A stretch of 64,000 nt of DNA, from assembly GCF_963676685.1 (NCBI RefSeq), contig NC_092349.1, positions 79,236,001 through 79,300,000 on the forward strand, given 5' to 3'. Positions 24,517 through 36,500 of the stretch are shown one piece after another. Source of the stretch: Mytilus edulis (taxonomy: Eukaryota). Made by a program: the position numbers and the translations under genes. The notes under the pieces were generated by a model that worked only from the letters and a program-made list of their open reading frames with translations, did not search any database and was not told the DNA's origin. Position 1 is the stretch's first letter. Each line of letters begins with the position of its first letter.

Positions 24517-27500
24517 ATGGTTAAAGATCTTTGTTCGTTTATATTGTTACTTTCACTGATTGTCAGTAGTTTTACCGATGGATTAAGTACGACAGAACAA
24601 AATGCATGTCCTCGGTACATCAGGTCAGTAGACTTAAATCGTATCAAGATCGCACAATATGAAGATTCGTCGTTAATTAAATCATTTTAACCCATTTTAG
24701 GTCGAGCTTTTTTTAATGCTGAATTTTTGGCTCTGCTTTTACGTAGTGTTTTCGTCAATTCTTTACACTTCTCAGGAATTATTATTTCCCTCGGAGTTCA
24801 GTATTTTTGTTATTTTACACTTTTCTATGTCATTAAGTCAGGTCGGACATTTGTCTCATTGGCAATCATACCACATCTTATTCATGTGTATATTTTTGCT
24901 TTTAGTTCACTTGCATAATAAAATATATATCTTGATAATAAAGGACCGATTTAAATAAAGTTCACATTGTTGTGTACGTATTAAACATTTTATAAACACA
25001 TTTTCGTTTTACAATTTTTGTTAGTTTGCAGAATTGTAGAATGGGGAACATTTGAATGTTATTTTTATAAATGGAGTATGAACTCGTTAAAATTTGAATT
25101 CACGTAAAATTCAAGTCAATGAATATTTCTAACAAATCCATCAAACAAGCACGTGAAAAATGATACGTAGTAAATGTAAGACAAATATTTTGGATACATT
25201 CCATGAAAAAAAACGTGTATTAAAAAAGTAGGCGTACATGTACATTTTGGCTATCCGGAAATTACTTTTTCTATTCATTATTGTGTTTTAGAAAGAAAAG
25301 AAAGTGTACGGCAAAACCAATAAATCGTGCAGAGTTTCATGTTAACATGAACATTTGCTTTATAATTTTTAACTATATTTTTTTTCAGATTTTGTTCGGA
25401 TTACTTTTATTTAAATTCTCTGTGGGTATTGGTACTTTCATCTTTTTAAAATGTTTCATTTCAATCGTGGTTAAAATAAACATGTACATGTAGAATACCC
25501 GATCTTAATCAATATCATGATACAAGATGACATGCGCGTGTGTGTGATTTTTGTGGTACATATTAACATAGATTTGTAATTGCATGATATCTGAGCACAC
25601 TTCTGGTTTTAGTGCCGTATATTGTTAAATTGTTAGTTATGTGTAAGGCGTTTGTACATTGTTGTTTATCCGTTCAGTTTTTTTCGTTTGGTTATGATTT
25701 TTTCATCTGTCATTTTTTAGGTAATCTTTTAAATTATTATCTTCTACTTTAAAAAAAAAGAATATGTATATATTTTCATCAATTGATTCAGTCTCATCAT
25801 GATCTAGATGATAGTATTTTGATATTGCCCTGTAACATTATTTCATGCTTAAAAACGATATACTTTAATCTCTTCGTACGTAAATCCTAGGGAAATGTGA
25901 ATATTTTATTGTTGGGAATTTTCAACATTGATTTAGAATATTTCCAAATCTTGTTAATAGAAATGCTCTTATTATTTTTACATGTTTAGCCTTTGGAAAA
26001 TGTCAGTCATAAGTTTAGTCTTGAAAAGAACAGATTTTGAAATTTAGAATTTGTACGTTTACCCCTGTAAAATAATTTCTACTTGAGAAGAATTCGGATC
26101 CACAAATGACAAAATCCATGACACAGGCTAATTTTTAAAAGATACACATCAAACTAACGTTTTTCTCTATCGTTATATTTCACTATCAGTTTTATAATAA
26201 TTGGTGATATTAGAATGATTTTTTCATAATGTTTTAATTATATCTAAATATGTACAACGTAAGCACATGCTAAAATTACATAGTTTTATTATAAAACACA
26301 TTTTTTTCATTGCACATAGTCATTGATTTAAATTTCAAATGAAAACAACCAACCATTAGTTTAAATGAAACTGATCCCAGTAACATAGAAGGAAAAACAC
26401 CTTACAAATCTAAGCATATTGAAATGATGTTGCAATGGATAGAATGATGTATTACCTAGTCAGTAGTGTAGTCATTAAGTTTATACATACATTTAAATAT
26501 TTGAAGGCTACGCTTATGTGTTTCTCATATAAAAAGTAAAATAACAAAACTACCATCCTCCGAGGAAAATTCAAAACGGAAAGTCCATTTATCAAATGGC
26601 AAAATGAAATGATAAAACACATCAAACGAATGCACAACAATAGTCATATATCTGACTTGGTACAGGCATTCTCAAATGTAGAAAATAGTGAACATGGTTT
26701 TATAGCGTACAGTATAAATCTATTTTTTGTGTACCAAGAACTTCGAGTTCTAGAGCAGAAATGACTTATATTGATTTTGTTATTTTGTTCTGTTTAGACG
26801 AATGAAGCCAGATGGACAGTACCATAGAGTTTTGGAAATGACATGTTGTCCGGATTATATGGAAGTGGACAATAAGTGTATAGGTAATTAATGACCTTCT
26901 AGATAAAAAGAAGAATAGTCAATGCTTGCTTATAGACTCTATAGACCTTTTGAATACAGTTTGAAATATTGATATGTTGACATGTTGATTTGTTTTTATG
27001 TGTTATCCACTATGCCGTAATTTACGTACTGTAAACTTGCTTTTCTGTATCTATTTATATGATAGACGTGTACGTACGTTTCGTTTGTACAACTGCTTGA
27101 GATTAAAACGTAAAGGATTGAGATCTTAAAAGAAAAATGTAATCCCTTTACATATTGATGTGACTTTTCAAAGTTCTCAAATATTGTTAACTTCATATTA
27201 AAATGTGTTGTGTTTTTTTTATTTGGAGAAATTGAGAATACGATGAAATGATTCTAAATTAAATTCAAATTTTATCAATGTGATTTCTATCTTAATTGTA
27301 TGGAATGTTCATTACTACAAAAAAAAAATATGTAAACTGTTGCTCCAATTTGAAAACTAAATGAATTTCGTTATCAAAAAATAATATTCTTTTCAGCGTG
27401 CCCTGCGGGCCATTTTGGACAGAACTGTAGTGTACCATGTCTTGACGGTAAATATGGACAACAATGTAAATTGACATGTAATTGTACACGTGACCTATGC

Positions 27501-30500
27501 GACCCAAAGACTGGTTGTAAATGTAAAGCAGGTTATACTGGAGCACACTGTGATAAAGGTATGACAGGTTTTAATATAACCTTGATGTAACTACCCCTTT
27601 ACAATAATTGCAGTTGTTAGGACTTAGTACAATGTTGTGTCTGTTGTCTATGTCACGAACCATTTATGCAATGCATTCCGACCATTTCGAAAGATAGCGA
27701 AATATTTCCTTCATAATTGTATATTTAATTGAAAAAACAAAAATAAACAGCGTGTAATGATCTATATAAAAATTCAGGATCACTCCAACAGATTTAAATG
27801 ATTAAAACGTAAAATGCGTTGACCAGAAATGACTTTTTAAAGCCTACTTTAGCTCAACCTTTCTTATATTTAACTTATCAATTGTAAAAATATAAGTCTA
27901 CTTTGTCTCAATATAAAAAAAGAAGATGTGGTATGATTGCCAATGAGACAATTCTTTAACAAGAGACCAAATGACACAGAAATCATAGGTAACCGTACGA
28001 CCTTTAACAATGAGCAAAACCCATACCGCATAGTCAGCTATAAAATGCCCTGAAATGACAAAGGTAAAACAATTCAAACGAGAAAACGAACGGCCTAATT
28101 TACGAACAAAAAATGAACGAAAAACAAATATGTAACACATCAACAAACGTGAACCATTAGATTAAAGGCTCCTGGCTTTGGACAGACACATACATACAGA
28201 ATGTAGCGGGGTTTAACATGTTAGCAGGATCCCAACCCTATCCTAACCTGGGACAGTGGTGTAACAGTACAACCTCAGAACGAACCATACAAATCAGGTT
28301 AAAAAGGCATAACTCATCAGATGGATACATATGCCTCCCTTTCCTATATTTAACTTATCAATTGTAAAAACGTAAGTTATGTTGACTAAAGGACAACTCT
28401 ATTATAACTCTACTTATGGTCCAAAAGACGGACAACCAAACAAACTTTAATGTTAGTTCATAAAAACGCTGCATATATCTCTTACAGGAAAGCAGGAATA
28501 AAATTAATGAATCTGGAAGAATTCGGTCGTTTAGAATTTTAATCCATTCAAAATAATTATTCATATTCATTTATCTTGTACTTTGTTTGAAAAGGTAGAT
28601 AACTTAAATATACGATTTCCATAAGAATCTTAATTATTGAACTTCTTTTACTTATAGAGTGTCCAGATGGATATTACGGCATGGATTGTCAATCGGTTTG
28701 TAAATGTTCAGAACACTCTGACTGTGATCATGAGACTGGCCATTGTAGTTGTCACATAGGTTATGAAGGCAGATTTTGTCATGACAGTAAGTCCAGAGAA
28801 CATTCGATTTTATCCTTTTGTTGTTTGAAAAATATGACATTATTTTCTAGAAATCAAATGATATTTTAGTGTATATTTCGTGGAGAAACATAAATGACGT
28901 CACTGATACTTACCAATTTTTCTGTATTTTAGCTCAGATTGATTTCTCAGACTACTTATTTAATTTATTAACTCACAGATCGTTATACACAAATAAAGGT
29001 AAAATAAAATGACAAATTTCAATATCAGATAGAAAAATTGGCACAAAATCTAAACGTTTGTATAATATGCATTCTTGTAACAAGGTTTAATCTTCATACA
29101 CAAATAAAGGAAACATTTTAAGAGAAGTTTCAATATCGAATACAAAAATGGCACTTTATCTCTTGTGTTTGTATAATATGCAGTCGTAACTTTAATTTAG
29201 ATACATGGATTAATATACGGATATTAAAATCGTTTTAAAATCAATTTGAAATACCAAATAAACATTTGGCACTACATAGCCTGTCTCTGTATATAAGCAT
29301 GTTGTTCATTTCAGTTTGCCGAGATCAGTTTTACGGACAGGAGTGCTCCCGTAATTGTAGTTGTCCAAATCAGGTACCTTGTCATCACGTGACCGGTCAT
29401 TGCTTGTGTCCAAAGGGGTTCAAGGGAAACAACTGTGATGAAAGTAAGTGAACAAATTATAAGAGATGCGTCTATGAAGTGTATTGTTTGACCAATTGAG
29501 GTACCCTTGATGAATGATTTGTACTGAGACCAAAGGTATCATTAACTTAGTAGCAAGGTTGTATGTGCTTTTTACGCTTTAAATACTTGATGGGTAAATC
29601 TGTAAAATTATAGGGTAAATCTGTAATAGTATACAGACACTGTAAAGAAGTTTTCAAACGGAAACCAATACAAGTATGTAATTCTGCGCATATATTTTTG
29701 GGTCTGATTCATATACGTCAACGATTCAAGTAATACTGAAAATTCAAGGTTATTTTTATCATCAAAGATAAGTGGGATAAAATAGATTATATACGAAATA
29801 TGTTTGTACGATTGGATATCGGATTATTGAGAGAACAATACATTTTTGTCCGAGTTTTATTTTACAATTGATTTGTGTGTGATCAATTGAAAGGAAATGT
29901 TATCCGGGCATTTGTGTTATTTTTGTATTTCCTTGTTCAAATGATATTTATAAATAGAAACCGGGGTAACGCGACCACATTTTTGTATTTCATTTCACGA
30001 GGTTTAAAATGTTATTCCTTAAAATGCTCATTTGTTAACACACAGGGAAGTCTGTAGATAGTCCAATTTATGTCGATAAAACTCACGTCTGTGTTTTATA
30101 TTACTCAACATGATTCACCTATTGTCAATAACGAAGGTACGCCAATTATGGAAAGTTGATACAAAGCATTTGGAACAAGCATCTGGTATTTACCAACATC
30201 CACATTTATCTACATTACAATTAGATTTTAAAAATGAAATTAGTAGATGTTGTTGATAACAGACATAACATGCTCCTTTTATTTATTGACCACTCATATA
30301 TATTATGATGCTAAAAACAATACATTTTACTTAAATGAATGTACAAGAACATAATTATGTTTAATTAAATCTATGTACCAAAAAAACTTGTTTTTTAGGA
30401 TGTCCGGTTGGTACATTTGGCGGAGACTGTCTTGGTACATGTAATTGTATAGAAGGAACATGTGATCCAAAGGACGGACAATGCACGTGTAACCCGGGTT

Positions 30501-33500
30501 ATTCTGGTAGATTATGCAACGAAAGTAAGTCGGTCGTATTTAAAGCCATGCACCCAAACTCGTTTGCACATATTAACATGAATATTATGAATAACTACAG
30601 ACTAATATATATTTTACTCCTCAATGTTAAATTAATTTTGAGTTTCCCTAAAGAGACATTAATTGTCTAAATGCTGATCTGATGCATTAAAATTGGTACT
30701 GTTACTGTCATTAACACACTTATTTGATGTTGAATAATGTCATCCTTATACATCATAGGCAAATATGTTGACCGTTGTTCAGATCTCATGAATCCTTTTT
30801 ATTAAAAGTCATAAAAGAAAGTCCAGTTAGAATCGAATTACGCATAAATGAGATAACTCGACTTGAAAAGGAAAGCTTCTCCTGCTATGCATTATCACCC
30901 GCCATGTCCGTATAATAAGATCATGCAACACACTTGGTAAAAAAATGGCAGACAAGTCAAATAAAAATCAAGAGATATGATATGATTGCCAATGGGACAA
31001 CAATTAACAATAATGTTAGGTAATGAGAGTATTATTTAGATCCAGTTCTTCAAAGTGTAAGTAATATAAAAAGCTGGAAATCCAAAGGACAAAATCTGAT
31101 ATATGGAAAAAAAAACAAAAACAGCGATAAGGTGTTTAACAGTTTATTAAGCAGCTAATGCATAACATCATTACTCGTTCCAAAGGAATACGTGATTTAC
31201 GTAACTGAAACAAATACTATGATAAGTAAATAATAAAGTGTTTTCCCGGTATACAATATTTTAATAATTTTTACAGATTGTCCAGAAAATTCGTTTGGGA
31301 GTGGATGTAATTCCACCTGTACTTGTGATACTCACTCAAGATGTCATCCAGTTACTGGAGAATGTCTGTGTCAGCCTGGCTTCCACGGAAAGGATTGCAG
31401 CAAAAGTAATTCAATTTTAATCAAATATAACTTGCATATCGTCCATAATTGAACGGTGTATAAGGAGTTTCACTTAATGGAGGTTTCTCAACATCTTACG
31501 AACGAACGAAAAAAAAAGAGGGAGCATTCATTTATTCAATACTTTTGGACTATCGGTTGTTATCTTCTAACGTTTGCAATTTCGTTTACATAGAAAATAT
31601 ATACATTTTGGAATTTGTAAGACCATTTAGAGTCGTAGACATATTATATTGTCTTGATATCTATAATATATGATATACAATTTACGGTTTAATCTAAACA
31701 TTTGAAAATCTAATTGGTCAATAAATCATGGCGAAGAATATAAAATATTTAGAGCCAGGACAGTAATCGTACAAAATATTTTGATTAACATGACAACATC
31801 ATTTTGAAAATATATATATGAAAAAGGGTAAATATAGAATTTTGGGATGGTAGGGAATGGGAATCTTTTTGAATCTTATCAAGGATCAGATCAGTGGAAG
31901 AAGTCTTTCGCAAACATGAGGTAAACTAATCTAAGCGTGAACGCTTTTAGCTTTTAATTTGAAAAAAAACATTCCTCGGATCCAGGGTAACTTCGTTGCC
32001 CCAACTCTTAAATCCAAATGATCACTTCTTGACCTTAAATGATTATATCTGATTTATATTCTAGCTAAACTGATAAAGTCAAGAAGATGACTAAAGGGAA
32101 ACATTGAAATAAATATTAAAAAAAAAGAAAAAAGCAGTTAACACTTTAAAAATATGTTCTGTAATGTATTTAATTTTGTTTTGCTTTGTTTTGTTTTCAT
32201 GCGATTCTTATTTTCTTTTTTAGTATATAATTATATATTATTTTTTTTCATGGAGCTTTTATGGAATGCTGTATATGTTTTCTTCGTTTTTTGTTTTTTC
32301 TAATGTTTTTCTTTTTTACTTTGGGAATGGAATTTAAAGAAAATGGACCTTTTAAAAACTATCTAACTATCATTTTTGTTGGTGCTGTAGCACTCATATT
32401 TTCAACAAGAATACACAAAACTCTATAACTTTACGATTGATCGAGTGCACCTTTATATTTCTGTAGCTTATTCCCAAAAATAATTTTAGAGCAAGTTGGA
32501 CCGATTTGACCTAATGCACATCGAGACTTTTCTGTTGGGTGCTTTATTCTAGGAGATAGAATTTACCCAAACTCACCCTCCTTTATTCGTTCCATATTTA
32601 TAACGAATGTTTGGATAATAATATAGTGGCGTATCCAGAACTTTTCATAAGGGGTGGGGGGGGGGGGGGGGGTTGCTGACTGACAGAAGAGGGGGTCCTC
32701 TCTAGATTGCGAGTTTAATCTCCCCAAATAACACACGGCTAAAAATGATCTTAACTTAAATACAAATATCTTCCTTATTTTTGGCCCTGTCGTCAGAATT
32801 TCGTATGGTCATATTTTTCTAAAAAGCCGGTTTAATGACTAGTAGTATGTTGGACTATTAGTCCCCGAGGGTATCACCAGCCCAGTAGCCAGTACTTCGG
32901 TACTGGCATGAACATACGGATTTTTTGTGTTATTAAAATTTGCTGTTACAAAATATTAGAAATTATTATAAATTAAGGAATGTATCTCCCTCATGCAAAG
33001 CTCTGATTCCTTTCACGGATTTGGCTATACTTTTTGGACCTTTTGGATTATAGCTCTTCATCTTTTATATAAGCTTTGGATTTCAAATATTTTGGCCACG
33101 AGCATCACTGAAGAGACATGTATTGTCGAAATGCGCATCTGGTGCAAGAAAATTGGTACCGTTAATTTTATTACTACCACTGGGTCGATGCCTCTGCTGG
33201 TGGACTATTAGTCCCCGAGGGTATCACCAGCCCAGTAGCCAGTACTTCGGTACTGGCATGAACATACGGATTTTTTGTGTTATTAAAATTTGCTGTTACA
33301 AAATATTAGAAATTATTATAAATTAAGGAATGTATCTCCCTCATGCAAAGCTCTGATTCCTTTCACGGATTTGGCTATACTTTTTGGACCTTTTGGATTA
33401 TAGCTCTTCATCTTTTATATAAGCTTTGGATTTCAAATATTTTGGCCACGAGCATCACTGAAGAGACATGTATTGTCGAAATGCGCATCTGGTGCAAGAA

Positions 33501-36500
33501 AATTGGTACCGTTAATTTTATTGGAGAGTTTCAACCCCCCTATTTCAAAATGAAAAGGAGTAGGTCCGGTAAGGGCCGATTTTGGCCTCAAATTTCCAGT
33601 TCATCTGACGAAAGATTTTAGACACTTTTTAAACACCTAAGTGTCTTTTTCAGCTGATTCAATTAGTTTATGTGAAAGATTTAAACTGATTTACTCATTT
33701 AAAACGCTCCGATTCTAGCTTAAATATGAAAAATCTATCAAATATGCCAAAAAATGTCACTTTCAGATGTTTTTTGTCAAAAATGAAAGTGGCCGCATCC
33801 GTGTTCATCCTTAACCTTTATATATGTTATGTATTTTCATCAAATACAACTTACATTTCAATATAAAGAATGAACACAAATGCGGCCACTTTCATTTAAG
33901 ACGGAAACCGTCTAAAATTTAACTAAAATGCTAAAACTGTGAAGATTTCAGTAATTTAGCATGATTTAATGATGCTAGTACCCGATACATGTACATTGTT
34001 TTGTAAAAAACTGCCCATATTTATGTAGCAGAAGCATTCTAGTTTCAAATAAATAACTCAAAGTTTACATTTTAACAATTTTGTAAAACTGCTATATTTT
34101 GGGGCCAAAACGTGGTTTTAGTGAACCTTCTCCTTTGTGTATGTTTGCTTACCTTTAATTGAAATGTTTTTTTCTGAAGCTATTTTCATATGTCAAAATA
34201 TTATATTCAGTACTTTAATTTCTTCTAACTTATAAAATTTGCTAAGTTTTGGCTGTTTAAAATTGAGGTAATTTTAATTGCAAATTCAGACACAAACTTA
34301 TTATAATAATAAATTTAGTTTCTTCTTCATAGTAGAAATTAAAATTATCCCATAATATTTTAAGCATATAGTATTTCGTAAAACTAGTTACTGATAAAAG
34401 TTTCGGAACCTAAATATGAAAAAAGTCTTAAGAAATAAACGGAAAAAGAAAAGAGTTAACAACTTCAATTTCAATACGGAACTTTATCACTTTCCTTCCA
34501 TCACATTTTGTGTATTAGTCAATAATTAGCTCTCAACTGATATATGAAATTACTTCCTTTTTCACTATTATATATAATTTTTTTTCGAATAAAGTGCACT
34601 AATATATGGCCCATACTTTGTTTGTATATGTTTATATTATTCTATGTTTTTTGTTATAAAACATCAAATATACTTTGTTAGAAAAGTCTCATTGTAAAAA
34701 TCAAAACAATTGACGGATTGTTTCAGTGAATATTCCGTGATGTGTACGATATGGTCAAGTCCGTTGAAACTTGCTACTTCAAGTCCAAAGAAAAGACAAA
34801 AGTCGTTAAATTTTATGCAGTACTTAATATGCCAAAAAAACATCACCGACTGAAAGTTTGAATCAATATACCAGTATAGGGAAGTCAACCTTGTTCTGCA
34901 TTGTATCTGCAATGAATAAAAGATTGGATGAGGTGAACATAAAGGTGTTTCATGCGATAGCTGTAAATTTGAAGAACTGCTGGCAGTTTACCATCGTCCA
35001 TACTTCAAAAGTTACACTAGTAAACAAAATTGTTCCCCCTTTGAGAGCGAGGATGCTTCTAACCTGAAATTTAATGACGACAGACAATTATCGGACTGTT
35101 CAGTGTCCCTCAGTTTCGGGTGTTTGTACGCGTTATAGAATGCAGTCGTTCAACTGAAGCGCTTGATATTTTGTTGCAACAAAACATTTTAGAAAGATCG
35201 AAAACAACGCAAGTTTGAATCAGATAAGTGTATTAAGAATGTTTTATCCGTGGCAGAAAGCAATGGCGATGATTTTAAAGTTGAAACAGTTTCTCGTCCA
35301 TCTTTTAAACTTCAAGCACTCTATCATTCTGGTTGCATTACAAACTATTTGCTTAAAACGAAACAAACAAAATTCCAAACCCGTGGAAGCAGAAATCTCA
35401 GATCACGATACTGCTTTTACTTATTTTATTTTGGCTTTTGACAACGATTAAATGGTGAAGAAAAGCATTCCTTATGACTACATTACTTGATAAATATAGA
35501 TGTCGTCTTCCTACTGATTCTAATTTAAAATATTCTACTTGTAAAATGCCGTTTAAACTCATTGATAACTATAGAAACTCAGTTGTAATACAACTTCAAC
35601 AAGTTCAAGGCAAATCTAACATAATATTCAGTAGCAACATAACTATTGAAGATGTCAAATCAGCTGCTAGTCAATTGCAAACTCACCTCAAAATCTCAAT
35701 GTCAACAGTAATAGACACAAATAACGCACAGATATAAAGTATACTTAGAAAAGACATCGAAACTTAACTAATTTCCACAGAAGAATACCCAACTTCGGAT
35801 TAATTGCCTCTTTTTCTTCGATTCAGGCAATGCCTTCGTATTTATTGCAATTCATTTTATGGTTACTCGATGATACTGTATACAGCCAAGTCTATTCTCA
35901 TGAAATGGCACCAGAGAAATTGCGTAAATGCTTGGCAATTAATGAGTCAATCGTTTATGTGGCCGAAAAAAGTTTTACTCCTTTTCATTTAGGTTTGGCT
36001 TCACAAATGTACCATGAGTTTGGTTCAAAATACCTTGTTGAAACATTGAATGCCAATGGATTTTATTCTTCGTAAAGTGGAGTGCGACTCTATCTAATAA
36101 CCATGATCTGAAATTGAGCGAATTCAAGATATTGTGTACATCTCGTATAATGTTTCCCCAGCATCTTTGCAGACAAGCATATGGATGTCATCACACCTTC
36201 TTAAACAACCTATTAGATCACCTATTAGATTCGGTTAAATCTTAGATGGATTGATAGGATGGTTTGAAGCCGGTATTTTTTGTGCGACAAATGTCTTCGG
36301 ACTGCCTACAGTACTTGTATGTACTTTTAAAGGCAAATCTGTGTGCTCAAAAGAACGTGTTTGCTTTGAGCAGAACCTTTCATGTACAGACCTGTGTCAA
36401 TGAGTGAAATGTGTAGAAATATTATAAAAACGTTTATTGTGACGGTTGATGAAAATGACGATAAAGAGGTAGCGTTTGATTTTATATATAGCTTGTTGCA

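Larger units (their letters stand above)
32851..33522 (+). mobile_element. Retrozyme: 350-bp tandem unit x1.9 with two type I hammerheads
   Basis: Apparently identical copies at offset 350 (32851/33201). One HHR per unit and a C(UUCG)G hairpin gccagtac-ttcg-gtactggc at 32888-32907. ttgga is present at both junctions. Confidence 0.9.

Noticed and set aside
32993-33621. Duplicated ORFs MQSSDSFHGFGY... (72 and 92 aa) and the 67-aa overlapping ORF
   Set aside because: They are by-products of the 350-bp retrozyme repeat, with no splice context or domain.
36250-36420. Additional EGF exon of receptor A in the Cys-rich stretch
   Set aside because: The Cys spacing is not EGF-like, it contains a stop and lacks phase-1 splice sites. 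It fits better as the transposase C-terminal zinc finger relic.
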